Source: Sphagnum compactum (lineage: Eukaryota). From it: a DNA stretch of 64,000 nt. Every line of letters starts with the position of its first letter. Positions within the stretch are counted from its first letter, which is position 1. The notes beneath the pieces are model-generated. The model did not search any database and was not told the origin of the DNA. It saw only the letters and a program-made list of their open reading frames with translations. Below, one piece after another: positions 61,101 through 64,000 of the stretch. The DNA lies in contig OZ234493.1 in NCBI GenBank assembly GCA_965153455.1, positions 62,001-126,000 of the forward strand, in the 5' to 3' direction. A program made the translations under genes and the position numbers.

Positions 61101-63993
61101 AGTAGGACTAATAGTTGTTGGAATTTGGGATTGTCTTTTTCAAGAAAATAAATTTAGCCAAAATGAACAACAATCTATTGAGAAAGAGAGCCCTTATGGC
61201 GTCTTCAATACCACAAGCTACATTACATTTGGCACTACATATGACCCTTTCCCACACCCTCACAAGGATGGTATGACCATATTTCTTTCATTTTTTAAAT
61301 TAAAAATCCTTTGTATGGGTCAAAAAACGTTGAAATTTCTTCACAAGAAAAACCCCATTGCAGCTTACTTGAGTAGATGAGTGACAGATATATGCTTATT
61401 GCTCTCTATGTTTTCATTATTTGTCTACTTTGTTTGAAGGTTTAAGGTTTTTAAAGTTAGCAAGGTGAAGTTTTTCATAAATAGTTGAAAGAGCAAAATA
61501 TTCCACATGAGGTTACTGGAACACAATGATGATATTAAAATCTGGTGATTTTTATTTATTAAAATTTTAGTGATTGAAACTCACACAAATCACATATTAA
61601 CATTTTTAGCATTTGAAACAAAATGTTTCAAATTTTTTTTTGTTTCGTTTATTCATCGCTACAATATGGATATTCATCCATAAAAAAACCTTGATCTAGA
61701 TGTTTTGATAAATGGTGAAATTGTTTGGACCATGAACTTAATGTGATTATTTGAAGCTGAAAAAAATGACTGGAAATTTTTTTTGGTTTTGCATTCACAA
61801 ATGAACAATAACTTTGCAAAGAAGTCTCTTTCAATGATGGCCAAAAAAATGATAGAATTTGGTGAAAAATTATCTAGAGATTGGAAAATGAGTCCTAACA
61901 AAAGTAATCTCTTCCTTTTGTATTTATAAGCCAAGTGTCTTTGTCCCTACTCAACAATCCAATTTCTATCTTGCTCTAATTTTACAACAGTAACCCTTTT
62001 CACTATGTTGAGATGATCCACTCACATATGGCTAAGACTTAGGACCCAACATGTGAATGAGCCCTAGGAGTCAATTTTTTTTTGTGTGAAATTTTGCTAA
62101 AGTGACCAATTTTTTTGGGGGCTATGACCAAAATCAAGGTTTATATATATATATATATTGGTAAAAATAATAGGGTTTTGGGACTCAATCTGCCATCTTT
62201 AGATCATGTACTCTTGCAAGTTGCCAAACAAGAGCATTATTACAAATTGTTTTACAATCCTACTTATCATGAAGCCAAACTTGCTTAGATCCTCATGTGG
62301 ATGGTTGCTAGTGTGGCTACACCACAAAAAATGGAAAAAGGAAACCTCGACCCCTAGCTAGGATGGGAAGCAACTTCTTTTGGCTCAAATAAGGATCGCA
62401 TGCCCCTTAATATGACACCATGTAGGTCCTTTGAACCACAATTAGAAGGGCTATAATTAATTTAGAACTTTAGAATGTTCCAAACAATGTGTTTAATGAA
62501 ATTATGAAGTCCCAAGTGTCAAGAATTTGAACTTGGGAATTGCCAAACTTTCATTTTTTGTGAGCTTTGAGAAGTACCATTTTGTTTTAAGTTTCGTGGG
62601 AATTACAAAACATATTATATGGAAGGTATTGTTTCCCAAAGTGGTCCAAGTTAGGACGAATATAATGTGAATCCACAGTTGTCCTATGTTTCATTTCTAA
62701 TTCCAACTACAAGAAACGCGTTCTTGCATCTAGTTTGTGTAATTGACGGATCAAAACCGGGTGGATGCAAATTGTCTTGTCCTAGTTTTATCTTGGAGCT
62801 CCCAAATGACTTGTCATTTTGATTTATCAAACTATGGAATGTGCTCAAGGCTCAAACATGTTATTTGTAGCACACCACATCAAAGAGTTACTTCAATACC
62901 ATTTGGTAAGCCTATGGAGGTGTGTCAAATTACACAAACCAGAGCAAGAAAGTGATTCCTATTGTCAAAGTTAGAATTGAAACACAAAACAATCACAAAT
63001 TCACATTGAAGTCATCGTGACCTAAGTTTAGAGGATCCACCACCATCCTTGTAATATACTTTGCAACTCCATGTGGTACCAATATCAAATCATCATTCTC
63101 CCCACCCTCCCAAAAGGAGCAATGACAAAATGCATGTTAAATGGGGCAAGAATCTAAATTTTCATCCCCATTTTGATTCTTCAAATGCCCGTAACTTCTA
63201 GCCATGAATTTTATTATGGCATTATGAACCACTAAATTATACCTCTAATTGAGACCTTGCCAATGATCCAAAGATCATACCATTTGGATGTAATTGTTCC
63301 TCAAATGGTCCAATGAACATTTGGGACTCCCATGTAGTCTCAATTCTTGGAAAGGTATTCAGGCATGGGAGTTTGTGTGAAATGTTGTTTCACTTCATCA
63401 AGTTCATGCTATCGCAATCTTGCTCTAAGAATGGAAGCCTTTGATTTGTTTCCATCTTAGGAATAACATTTACTTACGAACATTCATTACCTTGAAAGTT
63501 CATTACACACCAAAGTTAAAGCCACAAACAAAAAAAAACCTTTAATATGGATAATGCATATGGATTTGCTAATTTTTGTCTTCATGCTATTGTCCTATTC
63601 ATTAATCTTTCATGAAAGAGGTTAACATAGTCACAAGTTTTTGGATAACAAGGGGGTGAATCTATTGGGTGGCAAGGTGATAACTCTACCTAAATGGTTA
63701 TGCACAAATTCCTTGTATTTGGAATCACTAATTTTTTTGAAAAATATCGATTTCCTTACCAAAAATTTGAAAGAAACTATCAAGCACAATAGCTCCATTA
63801 TTTAATATAATGCCAAATTGAAATATATATATATATATTTATTGTAAATAGTAAATGACTCCCAAAACACAATGTATTAGGCACCTTGGTAAGGTAGTAC
63901 ATTGTGGCCTATATTTCTATTTGGGTGATGTTACTATTACAACATGATGACATCTATACATAACTAAATGAGGTCACTACCACTTTGGGTATT
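58110..63993 (+). repeat. Segmental duplication, copy 2 (internally deleted, runs to the window end)
   Basis: Same blocks in the same order, joined at ~61270, ~61590-61645 and ~62444. Confidence 0.88.
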
Positions 63994-64000
63994 CTAAAAC

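Overview
Eukaryotic, AT-rich plant genomic DNA. A bryophyte such as a moss is likely, inferred from a hydrolase-NLR-type remnant, TTTAGGG repeats and Tcn1-like chromoviruses. Positions ~1.9-22.5 kb are a nest of Ty3/Gypsy retroelements: four to five related chromovirus copies or fragments with ~810-bp LTRs and a tRNA-iMet PBS. The standout is an unrelated 9.3-kb minus-strand element (5003-14327) inserted into one chromovirus gag. Its polyprotein reads Gag(2xCCHC)-protease-DNMT3-like C5 cytosine methyltransferase-RT-RNaseH-integrase-PHD finger. It has TG...CA termini and a clean 4-bp target duplication, but I can see no LTRs and no PBS. This copy is inactivated mainly by C-to-T-type nonsense codons. 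The rest of the window holds an alpha/beta-hydrolase (HNL-type NLR N-terminus) pseudogene, a large decayed multi-exon gene within a segmental duplication (~29-45 kb vs ~58-64 kb), a small apparently intact two-exon gene (48636-50649), a decayed CRE-like non-LTR retrotransposon and assorted repeats. All alignments were done by eye, so boundaries of decayed features are approximate.
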